A DNA stretch of 64,000 nt from an uncultured virus (IMG/VR IMGVR_UViG_3300020161_002252) (lineage: Duplodnaviria > Heunggongvirae > Uroviricota > Caudoviricetes > Herelleviridae). Shown piece by piece: positions 38,779 to 49,176 of this stretch; the stretch's first letter is position 1; every line of letters starts with the position of its first letter. Made by a program: the position numbers and the translations under genes. The DNA is taken from IMG/VR virus record IMGVR_UViG_3300020161_002252, one strand, 5' to 3'. Below the pieces are notes generated by a model. That model saw only the letters and a list, made by a program, of their open reading frames with translations. It had not been told where the DNA came from and searched no databases.

Positions 38779-39207
38779 TTAAATTTCAAAGGTTTCTTTA
38801 AGTGTCTTAGCTTGGAATGTTGCGTTGACTGTCATAATAGATCCGCTTTGGGTTGTGAAGCTTCTATTTTCACAACGAATCCCCTCAATCTGGAAGATTA
38901 CGGAACCGTCAACATCTTGAACACTCATTGTTAATTCTGGGAAGTTCAAAACATCTAGTGTTGCACCTTGTGGCCATAAACCTTGAGATCTCAAAGTATT
39001 CTCAGAAATACGAACAAAATCGCAACGAACATCAACAGATCTAGATACGGGGATAATATCGCTAGAATCCAAGTTACCCAACACATTAACCCTTTGTAAT
39101 TGGTGATTTTCATTGGCTGTTACACCAGTAGCATAACCCGCCAAAACTTGAGAACCTTGAGCGTTTTTGAAATAAATTTTTGCTCTTGCACCGCTTAAAA
39201 CTGCCAT
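38779..39207 (-). CDS. Tail tube protein
   Basis: 142 aa, directly after the sheath. Confidence 0.8.
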   Translation of the reverse strand: MAVLSGARAKIYFKNAQGSQVLAGYATGVTANENHQLQRVNVLGNLDSSDIIPVSRSVDVRCDFVRISENTLRSQGLWPQGATLDVLNFPELTMSVQDVDGSVIFQIEGIRCENRSFTTQSGSIMTVNATFQAKTLKETFEI

Positions 39208-39218
39208 TTTGTATCTCC

Positions 39219-41165
39219 TTAGAAGCGTCTAACGCTGGCATTGATTAAAATGAAATTCAAGGGTTCAACGGCTGCAACGGTATAGTTTACGCGTACAGTG
39301 TCGCCTAAGTCCTCTAATACTAAATCTTTAAATGCTTTGATGATGCTTCTATCTACTTGTGATCTTAGATTCTCGGAAGCAATACCTTTAATCGCTGAAA
39401 TAGTAGAAACGCTATTCCCTTGACCAATAAAGGCATCAAGTACGCTTCTCAACTCGCGTACACTAGCATTAATTGACTCATTGGCGCTTACTTCGGAATA
39501 GATAGGATTATTATCTTTGATCCAAGTGGTTACTGAACGTTCAACACGCCAACCCAAAGAATCGCTTGTTAAACAAGTAATCCCCGCTTTGATTGCATCG
39601 GTAGCATCTCTATTAGCAACCCATGAACCAAGAACATCTAAAACATCTGGTCTTTTTCTGGTTAGGGGTGTTGCTACTGGTGTGCCTGCTTGCATACAAG
39701 CTAGGATCAAAGCTAAATACTTGGGTTCAAGGGTTACAATCTTGCCTTCTGGGTTACTAAGTTTCACAGATTGACCAACAATCGCAATGTTTCTATTATT
39801 GAGTGCTTTAACCCAATTTTCCTTGATTGCTTCAATGGTCTGACTTGCCAAAGCACCAACCCAAGCATTACGCTCAAAACCTTTTACCGCGGAAGCATTG
39901 CAATGTTTAACTACTTCTTTATGCACATCGACAAGACTAGACCAAGCAACAATAATCTGAATATCACTTGTTTCAATAAGTTCAAGGGAATCAGTCCAAT
40001 CGCTCAAAACTACATTTGTTTGAGATCCACCAAGCATATATTGACCTGCATTGTCAATCATATCATCACAAGCATTTGAACCACTTCTAGCAATAGAAAT
40101 AATTGCGCTATTTGCCACGGTATCAATTAACTCTTGCAAATCCGCTTTAATGATTGCTTCTTGTCCTTTAATATCAAAAGTAGATAAACCACCATCTAAA
40201 GAAGTCGCATCATAGCTTTTTGACGCTAAATAAGAAGCTGTAAAATGATCAACGCTGGCCTGTTGAATGAAATCTACTACATCACTCACTAGATCAAATG
40301 TTGTCAAATCCATATCAAACGCTTCCCCGCTCAAAGTTAAAACTAATCCTGCTTGTGCGCTATTGGCAACACTCAACCCATAGATACTAGCATAATTATT
40401 TGTGCTATATGCTTGTGTATTATTGCTTAGTGTAATTGTTTCAGTAGCAATCGCACCATCAGTTTTATATCCGTTTACGGTAATAACTACATTTGCATTA
40501 GGTGCAGCATCTAGCTTAACGCCCAATTTACCATTAAAACGCATATCGGTTAAAGTAACAGGACCATAATTAGCACTGTTCAAAGAAATATCTTTGCCCC
40601 AAGTGATCAAAAGATTGCTTGTATCAGTTAAATCCAAAGATACACGATCTAAATTTGATCCTGTGTATTCGATAGAACAAACTTCACCGCTTGTAATGTT
40701 GCTATATGCTTCTGTTAACCCGTTTCTGGAACAAGTTAAATCATAACCATTTGAATCATGGCTAAAACTGAAAAATGTATTATTACCTTTTAACCCCCAT
40801 ACTTTGGCGCTTATTGTAGCAACTTCATCAGCATTGTTATTTGTCATGATGAAGTTTGCGCATGTATTAGGTTGAACATTGAGCATAGTTAAGCTTTGCG
40901 CACCACCTGGGACATTTGCATCAATACTAGGCGAAAATGATAACTTGCCAATCAAAGCCAATTCTTTATCTGTAATATCATAATCCCTAAGCGCGCCGGC
41001 GCTTGTAAAGGTGATAGCTTCATTGTGTTCAAAGCTTGGGAAAGCGCCAACTAAGGCAACATTTCCACTAGATACACCTTGACCGCCTAACGCGGAAGCG
41101 TCAATGTTGGCGTAGACTCCTGGTCTATAAAATCTTAAACCATTCAAATTTAATGAACTAGGCAT
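39219..41165 (-). CDS. Tail sheath protein
   Basis: N-terminal RPGVY, A-x-x-WG-x-x-GN, P-x-T-x-K, and C-terminal V-x-P-x-NFI. Confidence 0.92.
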   Translation of the reverse strand: MPSSLNLNGLRFYRPGVYANIDASALGGQGVSSGNVALVGAFPSFEHNEAITFTSAGALRDYDITDKELALIGKLSFSPSIDANVPGGAQSLTMLNVQPNTCANFIMTNNNADEVATISAKVWGLKGNNTFFSFSHDSNGYDLTCSRNGLTEAYSNITSGEVCSIEYTGSNLDRVSLDLTDTSNLLITWGKDISLNSANYGPVTLTDMRFNGKLGVKLDAAPNANVVITVNGYKTDGAIATETITLSNNTQAYSTNNYASIYGLSVANSAQAGLVLTLSGEAFDMDLTTFDLVSDVVDFIQQASVDHFTASYLASKSYDATSLDGGLSTFDIKGQEAIIKADLQELIDTVANSAIISIARSGSNACDDMIDNAGQYMLGGSQTNVVLSDWTDSLELIETSDIQIIVAWSSLVDVHKEVVKHCNASAVKGFERNAWVGALASQTIEAIKENWVKALNNRNIAIVGQSVKLSNPEGKIVTLEPKYLALILACMQAGTPVATPLTRKRPDVLDVLGSWVANRDATDAIKAGITCLTSDSLGWRVERSVTTWIKDNNPIYSEVSANESINASVRELRSVLDAFIGQGNSVSTISAIKGIASENLRSQVDRSIIKAFKDLVLEDLGDTVRVNYTVAAVEPLNFILINASVRRF

Positions 41166-41213
41166 TTTTTAACTCCTTTTTTTTTGAGTATAAGAAAAAC
41201 TAAACTATTTTGC

Positions 41214-41858
41214 TTAGGTTTGAGGGATAACCCCGCCTTTTATACCGTCTTTTTCTTGATCCACGGCTAAAACTAGAAGCTCTTGCGGATTAGATATCAC
41301 GGTAGTATCTCCGAACTCAGATTCTTTTGTTAACTCAATTTTCACGGTGTACATACTGCTAAAATTAAGCTTTTTAACATAAATACCAAGCTCTTCACTT
41401 GCCAATTCCTCTTCTGGATCAAGCGCTTGACCGCCTGTATACATAGCTTGATCATACCCCGCTTTTAGTAGTGCATTTAATGATTGTTCAAATGCAGCTC
41501 TAATCATGATCGCATAACAACGCGCTAATTCTGGACTCTTTGCCAAAATAACCACTTGTGCATCTTCGGAAGCTTGATAACCAACTTCAAGAAAACCTTG
41601 AGCATTACGCGCCAAAGCTTTACCTAAAAAATTGTTACTTACGGATTCAATCCCACCTATTACCGTGATCATTGGTGCTTCTCTTGTACCTTGAGCATAC
41701 CTTGAAGAAAACAAGGGTAATTGCTGGGTTACTAGTGAATACCATTGTTCAAGGGTTGAATCGGATATCCCAAGAAATAACTTTTTAAACGCTGGTTTAT
41801 TGTTCACATAGAACTTAAAACCATTTGCTAAAATACTTAATAAATGTAGATCAAACAT
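41214..41858 (-). CDS. Putative tail completion/terminator protein
   Basis: Position immediately upstream of the sheath. Confidence 0.55.
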   Translation of the reverse strand: MFDLHLLSILANGFKFYVNNKPAFKKLFLGISDSTLEQWYSLVTQQLPLFSSRYAQGTREAPMITVIGGIESVSNNFLGKALARNAQGFLEVGYQASEDAQVVILAKSPELARCYAIMIRAAFEQSLNALLKAGYDQAMYTGGQALDPEEELASEELGIYVKKLNFSSMYTVKIELTKESEFGDTTVISNPQELLVLAVDQEKDGIKGGVIPQT

Positions 41859-42642
41859 TGCTAAAAATCCTATTTATGATGGTAGGTAAAGAGTCATATA
41901 CTTTCTTATGTAAGAACAGGGGTTGAATACCAGGATGAACCCATTTAGGTGGTTTTTGATTCATTGTCATGCGTCGCCAAGTCATATACCCGCTTGTTTG
42001 TATTACCGCTTTACCATCTTTTTTCCTTGAGTATGAAGAAGCTAGGCGAACCATACCCGCATAAATATCTGTTGTATGATGCGCTTTCATCTTGGGAACT
42101 AATCCCCGCGGTAATCTATCCCCTTTACTCCCTTTGATATTGCCATCCCTTGAAACTTGGGGTGCGTTGGCTGTGAATCTGGGTGCTAACTTTTTAGCTT
42201 GTTTAAGTACATGTTCATCACCTCTAGCCTTGATTGCTTTTGCGCTATGCTTAAAGGGTACATTTAAATATAATTGCCCCTTCTTATCTCTTCTTATGTT
42301 TCTAGTGGTTTCTTTGAGCATAAAAACGCGCATATCATACGGACCACTTGAACCAATACCATTCGGACCCATACCAAGTTCATACATAAGCGCTAAAGTT
42401 CCACCCTGCCCTTTTGGTGTTAAACTTACTTGTACTTGTTCATTGTTTGCCTTTTTGATTGATAACGATTTTACATAAGCATCAGCAACAGATTGAGATT
42501 TAATCGCACTTCTCGCTTCCACCGTCCATTCTAATAGAACCGCATCAGCCAACGCAATAGCTTTCTTTTTCATGCCTTCTTTGGTTAATCCAAGCTTGTC
42601 TATAAGCTGGGAATATACAAGTTTTATATTATTATCATCCAT
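41851..42642 (-). CDS. Putative neck/tail completion protein
   Basis: Basic protein with A-x-x-x-E-x-G...PYDM, YL-x-VPF, YMTWR and WVHPG motifs typical of myovirus neck proteins. Confidence 0.6.
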   Translation of the reverse strand: MDDNNIKLVYSQLIDKLGLTKEGMKKKAIALADAVLLEWTVEARSAIKSQSVADAYVKSLSIKKANNEQVQVSLTPKGQGGTLALMYELGMGPNGIGSSGPYDMRVFMLKETTRNIRRDKKGQLYLNVPFKHSAKAIKARGDEHVLKQAKKLAPRFTANAPQVSRDGNIKGSKGDRLPRGLVPKMKAHHTTDIYAGMVRLASSYSRKKDGKAVIQTSGYMTWRRMTMNQKPPKWVHPGIQPLFLHKKVYDSLPTIINRIFSNV

Positions 42643-43465
42643 TTAAACCAAGCCCCATAAATTCAAGTGTTGCTTTACATTGAACAGGCATCAATCTAAT
42701 TTGTTCTTGTGTGGATTTCCTTATATACCTTGAATCTCGGTGAGTATGGGGATTATCAGCAACATAATATCTAGGATGCCCGTAATAACTAATTGAGTAT
42801 CTAGCACCTACTGCGGGGGTTGTACCCAAAGCATCCCCTTTTGTAAAGTCAATCAAGCCATCTTCGGTAACATCAAAATCAGTTCCCTCAATAAGGGATT
42901 TTGTAGGATCTGCCAACCCTGAAATATTTGCAACTTGTAAATTAAGAACCCTTAGGGTTGTTGCCCCGCCTTGGGTGTCTAGCAATCTGGGAACAATAGG
43001 ATTTCTCAAACTTTGAAGCACACCGCTTTTTCGCATCTTGGTTTCTTTGAAGATGATGCTACTATCAACCATTGTAAATCGATCACCAAATGAAGGCAAT
43101 GTTTCTGGAAGCAAAGTAATATTGACCATTCCCCTCGCGTATTCCCCATATTCATGGAATCTTGATTCATCGTTACTCGCGCTTGTGATAATCACTCTTG
43201 TTTCTTGTTTACTATGCCAGAAATAGCCAATCCCTTTACATAGAGGACAATCGCTACGAACCTCACCTTTTTTCTCTACTTCAACGCCTGTATAAGCTTG
43301 TAAATCAAGATCAAGTTCCGCGCCAGTGTTTGAACAAGGGCACTCATTACACATTTCCCAATTTACTAAAACGGATCTAGTGAAAAATTGCTTTCTAAAC
43401 TCTTCATTTAACCAATCTACGCGGGGTCTTAATTTAGAAGGTACTCTTGGATTTATGGTTGTCAT
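42635..43465 (-). CDS. Putative head-tail connector (neck) protein with Zn-binding Cys motif
   Basis: CPC...CPLCKG-x-G; neck position. Confidence 0.6.
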   Translation of the reverse strand: MTTINPRVPSKLRPRVDWLNEEFRKQFFTRSVLVNWEMCNECPCSNTGAELDLDLQAYTGVEVEKKGEVRSDCPLCKGIGYFWHSKQETRVIITSASNDESRFHEYGEYARGMVNITLLPETLPSFGDRFTMVDSSIIFKETKMRKSGVLQSLRNPIVPRLLDTQGGATTLRVLNLQVANISGLADPTKSLIEGTDFDVTEDGLIDFTKGDALGTTPAVGARYSISYYGHPRYYVADNPHTHRDSRYIRKSTQEQIRLMPVQCKATLEFMGLGLNG

Positions 43466-44436
43466 TATATCGCTCCAAAGCTAGTAATACGATACTCCGC
43501 TTTCACTGCTGCGCGCAAAGACTCGTATTGTTTTTCATAGTAATCTATTCTAGATGAGTACCCCGAATACATCGCTGAAGAGGTGGTTTGAATTGACTGG
43601 CTTAATCCATCGATCCCAATTGAACTTGACGCAATACCCGCGCCCAAAATCAAATCACCCGCCACTTGTAGAATGAAGTTACACGCGGATTTTAAGCCGA
43701 TCATGTGCTTAATGTTACTTGGTAATGTATCTAAAAAATAGGTGATCGTTGTATCTTCACTTCTAGCTTGGGGAATGGATATACTAAAACCCTCTTGACC
43801 AAAAGCAAAGGTTTTAGCTGTTACTCCTGTAGGGGGTGTTAGTGCCACGCTATACTTCATCAACACCATAGGGGACAAAGTAACCCTTGCTTCTGTTTGC
43901 CCCGCTGGAATTGTTACACTTCCTTTTCTGGATTCAAAACCCGCGGTGTAACTAAACTCAAAATAGCCTGGTATATAGCTCTTAGCTTCATAGTAAATAT
44001 TGAAGTTACCAAGAATAGGCATACCACTTTGAAAGAAATAACTAGATATGCTTTCTTGACTGGGGATCAAATGCAATTGCCCATGCATTGGCGCTACAAT
44101 TCTCGCCCATGAATTAGGAATTTCAACGGGTTGAAAACTACCTAAACGAATCCTAATTTGATCCAAAGAGATCAAGGGTCTACAATCCAACCTAAAAGGC
44201 CAATAAGATAACCTATTTTGTAATTCTGCATCATGCTTCTCTTGCACGGTGCTAAATGGAACTATGTTTATCCCTATATCTTGTTCAATATGCCTAATCG
44301 AAGTCTCCACTGCTAATTTGAATGCCATATCACTAAAAGGTGACCCATCATCAAGCGTTAAATCAACGCCCATCAAGAAGGTATTTTGAAGCCACTCTTT
44401 AGTAATTACATCATATATTGAATAATCATTCGCCAT
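43465..44436 (-). CDS. Putative head-tail adaptor
   Basis: Follows the capsid gene; YTAGF and GAGIASSSIGIDGLSQS motifs (track start 44445). Confidence 0.65.
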   Translation of the reverse strand: MANDYSIYDVITKEWLQNTFLMGVDLTLDDGSPFSDMAFKLAVETSIRHIEQDIGINIVPFSTVQEKHDAELQNRLSYWPFRLDCRPLISLDQIRIRLGSFQPVEIPNSWARIVAPMHGQLHLIPSQESISSYFFQSGMPILGNFNIYYEAKSYIPGYFEFSYTAGFESRKGSVTIPAGQTEARVTLSPMVLMKYSVALTPPTGVTAKTFAFGQEGFSISIPQARSEDTTITYFLDTLPSNIKHMIGLKSACNFILQVAGDLILGAGIASSSIGIDGLSQSIQTTSSAMYSGYSSRIDYYEKQYESLRAAVKAEYRITSFGAI

Positions 44437-44544
44437 CGTTAACACTCCTATAAGTAGTGCTAACTAAAAATTGTTAGCACAAGATTTGATCTTGGCTAAT
44501 TATACCAAATAAAATAGATAACCTACTTTATTTTTCTATGAAAA

Positions 44545-45966
44545 TTACATGGTTTCAATCAGAGTAGAAGAAACCTTAGCATTTTTCACAACCCAACACT
44601 TAGAAGGCACTTTAACAATAGGAGCACCAAAAAGCATGAGTAAGAAAGGCTTTGTTGTAGCAACTTCAGCCAATGGGCGACGGAAGAAATCAAGAAGCTT
44701 TGCAAATTCCATGATGGATTGATCATGTTGTACAAATACAATCTTGCTAGAATTGGGGATATTTTCGTTTCTATCAACCCAAACAGTAGCGCCACCAGAA
44801 GTAGCCTTGACTTCATCAATAAGAACTTCAGTACCCAACGCGCCATCAACCTCAGTTCTATAAATCTTGAAGTATACTGCGGAATCTTGTTGAGCAATGG
44901 TTAATGTTACTTTATCACCGGCTGCAATGGTCTTAGATGCGGAAGCAACTGGAGCACTATAACCACTATTATTAACGGCAACAACCTTATAGAAATAATC
45001 ACCGGCATCACCTGCAACAAATTGAGAAGCGGAATCAGCGGCAACAACTGCGCTTGTAAGTGTAGGAGCAATTGGCGCGCCTGTGGTGGTAGAACCTGAA
45101 GCGGGAGCGGTATAAGAATTAAATAGGAAAGGTGCTGCAACAACAGGAACAGGACCGACAGGACCTTGAATGTTGATTTGACTGGTAGCGCCATAGGTAA
45201 TCGCATTTGAATTAGCGCTAATGCTCAATTGATCATGTCTACCGAATTGAACTGCAAATTTAATTAATTCTGCATGGATTCTAGGTTCAACATAAATAGC
45301 ATCTGGACGACCGAATAAAGGAGCGCCATAGAGTTTACCTAAGATCTCTTGTAAAAGTCTTGGGGTTGGTGCTTTACCACGTGCATCAAAGGTGTTTGAA
45401 CCATTGTTATAATTTTCGATTTGTGTAACGATACCATCAAAGAAAATATCATTTACACTTTCTTTTGAATGGAACAATGAGCGTTCAAGCTTTTGAAGTA
45501 GGCGTAAAGTACCGCGTTCTGTTTCAAGCGCAATTGCATTGCTTTCAGAACCTACTAAGCCTACCAATGTACCTACATCGCTTACTTCGCGTCTTTCAGC
45601 TAAATACTTGATTCTTACAGATTTGCGTTCATATTGTGACTTGTTAGTAACACCGGCTGAACCTTCGGTAATAAATGGATCTAAATCTAAACCGTGATCC
45701 TTGATTACTGAATATTCATGTACGGTATTAGTTACGCTAACCTTAGGAAGTCTAGGCCACAAAGCTAATTCTTTGAGTGTATAAGTAGCGCTAGATAATA
45801 AGTTTTCGATACTTTGTGGAACTAGTGGGGAAAGGCTACCATTGTCTGCGCCGGTGGTTACGGCTGGGGTTTGATAACCAACGGTGGCGCTTTTTCTAAG
45901 TGCATCATTCAATGCTGCTAATTCCGCGGTGGATACAAAGCTATTTGCTTGAGGTAAATTAAACAT
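44545..45966 (-). CDS. Major capsid protein
   Basis: 473 aa after protease and scaffold; K-S...GY, L-x-x-QSIE, VHEY, KYL, E-x-x-LF and FDG pattern as in SPO1/Twort-type capsids; FN3-like insertion. Confidence 0.88.
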   Translation of the reverse strand: MFNLPQANSFVSTAELAALNDALRKSATVGYQTPAVTTGADNGSLSPLVPQSIENLLSSATYTLKELALWPRLPKVSVTNTVHEYSVIKDHGLDLDPFITEGSAGVTNKSQYERKSVRIKYLAERREVSDVGTLVGLVGSESNAIALETERGTLRLLQKLERSLFHSKESVNDIFFDGIVTQIENYNNGSNTFDARGKAPTPRLLQEILGKLYGAPLFGRPDAIYVEPRIHAELIKFAVQFGRHDQLSISANSNAITYGATSQINIQGPVGPVPVVAAPFLFNSYTAPASGSTTTGAPIAPTLTSAVVAADSASQFVAGDAGDYFYKVVAVNNSGYSAPVASASKTIAAGDKVTLTIAQQDSAVYFKIYRTEVDGALGTEVLIDEVKATSGGATVWVDRNENIPNSSKIVFVQHDQSIMEFAKLLDFFRRPLAEVATTKPFLLMLFGAPIVKVPSKCWVVKNAKVSSTLIETM

Positions 45967-45981
45967 ACTATGTTTCTCCTA

Positions 45982-46674
45982 TTATTTGCTTAAATCAATG
46001 TTGTAATCTTGAGCGACCTTGATAGCATCTACACCGCTTTCAAGTTTAGAAATAGCGGTGAAAAGCTGGGACTTGCGAACCATATCAGTACTATCGCTTT
46101 GAATCATGTTCATTGCTTTAGAGATAACATCGCCTCTTGTAACGGTGGTTTTTGCTTGTGCTGGTTCAGTGTATGGAACGGCGCTAAAATTAACGGCTCT
46201 TGGGGGAATAGGTGCTAATAAAGCTTTGTTGATGCTCTTTTCCATCTCTTCAACTTTACCATTAACATTCTTCATACCCTTCATTTCCTTCAAACAAGCA
46301 TCCAAGGCCTTCATCATCGCTTTGTATTGTTTATCCATGTTTTCAAGGATCATGTCTGTTCCTTTAGCCATAGATTCAAGCGCCTTGTGCATATTGTCTT
46401 CATCGTCTTCATCCATGGATTGTTCAGCAAACATATCTTCGCTACTGGAACCATCCATAGAATCATCTTCATCTTCTTCTTCTTTGGCTTTGACTACTTT
46501 TTTACCTTTAACAAGCTTATCGCTGTTATCGGTGTTCATTGCCTTAGAAAGCGCTTGAATAGCATCGCTCAAAGCGTCTGCTTCAACAGAATCAGCGGTG
46601 AATCCATCAGCTAATTTTTGTGCTTCTGCTTCACTCATACCCTTATTTACTAAGTGTTTGATTAGATCGTTCAT
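45982..46674 (-). CDS. Capsid scaffolding protein
   Basis: Acidic and helical, immediately upstream of the capsid gene; many K[SAG] sites; ATG at 46674 with AAGGAG RBS. Confidence 0.7.
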   Translation of the reverse strand: MNDLIKHLVNKGMSEAEAQKLADGFTADSVEADALSDAIQALSKAMNTDNSDKLVKGKKVVKAKEEEDEDDSMDGSSSEDMFAEQSMDEDDEDNMHKALESMAKGTDMILENMDKQYKAMMKALDACLKEMKGMKNVNGKVEEMEKSINKALLAPIPPRAVNFSAVPYTEPAQAKTTVTRGDVISKAMNMIQSDSTDMVRKSQLFTAISKLESGVDAIKVAQDYNIDLSK

Positions 46675-46792
46675 AAAAATCTCCTTATTCATCTATCATT
46701 TGAAACAAAATAAAAGTTTTTTTCAATCTTTTGCTATTTATTTACTTGCTTCTGGGTAACTTTTTTAAACTTGGTTATGGTCTTTGTTTTAT

Positions 46793-48115
46793 TTAGAAGG
46801 GAATATCTTTTTTAGGTAATATATCGCGTACCTTAGAATCTAATTCATATTTCAAAATATTAGGTGATAGTAGAACAGATTGATGTTCAAAATCTAGGGG
46901 TTCATCTAGTGCATATCCTTGATAAAATTCTTCATGTTCTGGCATATCTTCACGTAAAAAAGAAAAATTACTATTTTTTATCTTAGATATTAATTTTTCG
47001 CGACCATTTGGAATACTTAAAATATCTTTCCTATAAGTACCGTTTTTTAAATACGCATCTGCTACTTTTTCAGGGTCTTTTCTATATAATGCTGTTATAA
47101 AAGAGTTTTGAAGTTTAGATGTGAAATCTTGTCTTTTTTTTCTTCCTTTTTCCCAATTGTTAAAAGCTTCAAAATCTTGTACTTCTTTTTCAGAGTTTAA
47201 AGCTTCTATTGTTGGCGAAACATAAGTATGGATAAAAGATTGATATAATTTTAAATCTTTAACTTCTTTTTTATTATTCAAATCCGATAATGTTTGATTT
47301 TTAAATTCATCTACAAAGGGTTTAGAATGTGGGGTTGAAGGTATTAATACTGCAAAATTTTCTTGAGGCATTCTGTCTAAAATGCGTTGTTTCAAGTTTG
47401 GAATCGCTTTATATTTGTTAAAATATGGGTTTGAAAAATAAAGATCTTTGTTGATCAAGTAGTCTAAAGCATCATTTAAATTTAATTTTATATTTGCTCT
47501 AATCAAATCCCCCAAAGGCAAATCACTTTTTTCAAATTGTTTCATGGTTAGGGGTGTTTGTTCTCGTAAAGTATCCCACTTATTAATAGCTTGTTCTTGG
47601 CTGTGAGATAAAGGAAACAAAAGATTTTGTGGTTGTTCTTGTTTATCTTGATTCAATTTCTCTACTTGTGCTTTTAGCTTGTTCAAAGTAGAATCTTTAA
47701 CTTTAGCGCCTTTTTCTTTCATTTTCTCAAAGGTTGCAAGTTGTTTCTTTGCCTTTTCATGCGCATTTTTGATACTGGTAGCGTGTTCTTTGTGGATTCT
47801 ATTTTGAAACTCAAGTTTAGATAGTGTTTCTCTTTGTCCTTTTTTATCCCCATCATCGTACTCAATTGTAAGTTTATCACCATCAATAGATTTAATGTGA
47901 GCATGGTATTTATTTTCACCTTCACCAAAAGCAAAAGAAGCATCCTTGACAAGTTCAGACTCATGCCCTAATCCTTTGCCGTGTCCTGCTTGTTCTTGGT
48001 AGTAATATTTATACTTTGTAGCGCCTGTATGAGTTGCCCCAATTGGTACGCGTCTTACATACTTATGCGTTCTAGCTTTGAGTAAATCAAGGATCACTTT
48101 GTAAAATGAAAACAT
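46793..48115 (-). CDS. Head-region paralogue 1 (shared N-terminal module, unique C-terminus)
   Basis: First ~155 aa near-identical to ORFs 49177-50973 and 52557-53852. Confidence 0.8.
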   Translation of the reverse strand: MFSFYKVILDLLKARTHKYVRRVPIGATHTGATKYKYYYQEQAGHGKGLGHESELVKDASFAFGEGENKYHAHIKSIDGDKLTIEYDDGDKKGQRETLSKLEFQNRIHKEHATSIKNAHEKAKKQLATFEKMKEKGAKVKDSTLNKLKAQVEKLNQDKQEQPQNLLFPLSHSQEQAINKWDTLREQTPLTMKQFEKSDLPLGDLIRANIKLNLNDALDYLINKDLYFSNPYFNKYKAIPNLKQRILDRMPQENFAVLIPSTPHSKPFVDEFKNQTLSDLNNKKEVKDLKLYQSFIHTYVSPTIEALNSEKEVQDFEAFNNWEKGRKKRQDFTSKLQNSFITALYRKDPEKVADAYLKNGTYRKDILSIPNGREKLISKIKNSNFSFLREDMPEHEEFYQGYALDEPLDFEHQSVLLSPNILKYELDSKVRDILPKKDIPF

Positions 48116-48117
48116 TG

Positions 48118-49131
48118 TTATCTTCCTTTCTGGGTTTTCTTTTTTGCTTGTTCCATGAGTAAAGAAGCAATATGTTCTAATTCTTCATTGCTACAATTAG
48201 AGAAGTGATCTTTTAACATATCCTTCAAGCTGGATTTTGTGATCATCTTCTTCTTAGTTTCTTTTTGCCCATAAGTCGCACTAGAAAGCTTTTTATCGAT
48301 ACTTTGTTGAACTAATGCACTTAGAGAAGCGTCCGCATCTGGTATCGCTGGTTCTTGGTATCCCATAGATGCATTCATGGATCTAGCAATCAATTCTAAA
48401 TTTGTATTTGGGTTGACTGGTGCGCTTGTTACCGCAACATTTAGAACCTTAGCTTTTAGTACGCGTTTCTTATTCTGGGGATCTCTCATTTGTACCACAC
48501 CTTCAATAGAAAACCCAAGATTACGATTAGCATTAGCCTTCTTAATTGCTACCGCGGTATCATAGCACTCTTTAGCCAAGGGTTTAGCTAGGTACAAAAC
48601 ACCTTCTACGCGGGTTCTATGATCGTCTAGGCGTTCAATCTTAGTAGGATGCCCTAATACCGCTTCGGGACCTGGTCTATGTTCATGATTGAACCATCCG
48701 GAACTAAGGAAGTAATCCCAATCAAGCCCGCTTTGATCAATGGTTTCCCCTTCGCGGTCTTGATCATCAGTGGATACAATACCCGCAATGTAGCCAACGC
48801 CATCAGCATTGTTATTGCCATTAGGATCATCGCCAGGTTTATCACCCTTTTCAATAAGATCCATAGGAATCCACTTGGCAAAATAAGAACCCTTGTTCAA
48901 TGCTTCTTCAATATCAGCTTTGAAATCGTGATCTTCCAACCACTTTTTAAATTCGCTTACGGTGAACTTGTTTTTATCTGCTCGGATGCTTTGAATCTGG
49001 GAATCCCCACCATCTTTTAAGCCCAAGATTACACTCAACCCCTCTGGGAAGCCCTTGGGTGTGAATCTTCTAAAATCACTAAATGCGCTAGGGTCTACTT
49101 GTCGCGCTGCGTGTTCATTTGCAAAAGGCAT
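48118..49131 (-). CDS. Prohead protease (HK97/herpes-like serine protease) with N-terminal accessory domain
   Basis: G-x-x-ST-x-x-x-DREGE, N-x-x-H, GFSIEG and VAVT-x-x-PVN. Confidence 0.88.
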   Translation of the reverse strand: MPFANEHAARQVDPSAFSDFRRFTPKGFPEGLSVILGLKDGGDSQIQSIRADKNKFTVSEFKKWLEDHDFKADIEEALNKGSYFAKWIPMDLIEKGDKPGDDPNGNNNADGVGYIAGIVSTDDQDREGETIDQSGLDWDYFLSSGWFNHEHRPGPEAVLGHPTKIERLDDHRTRVEGVLYLAKPLAKECYDTAVAIKKANANRNLGFSIEGVVQMRDPQNKKRVLKAKVLNVAVTSAPVNPNTNLELIARSMNASMGYQEPAIPDADASLSALVQQSIDKKLSSATYGQKETKKKMITKSSLKDMLKDHFSNCSNEELEHIASLLMEQAKKKTQKGR

Positions 49132-49176
49132 TTATTTTACTCCTGTTTCTTTGGTTACTGGTTACTTATCAAAATA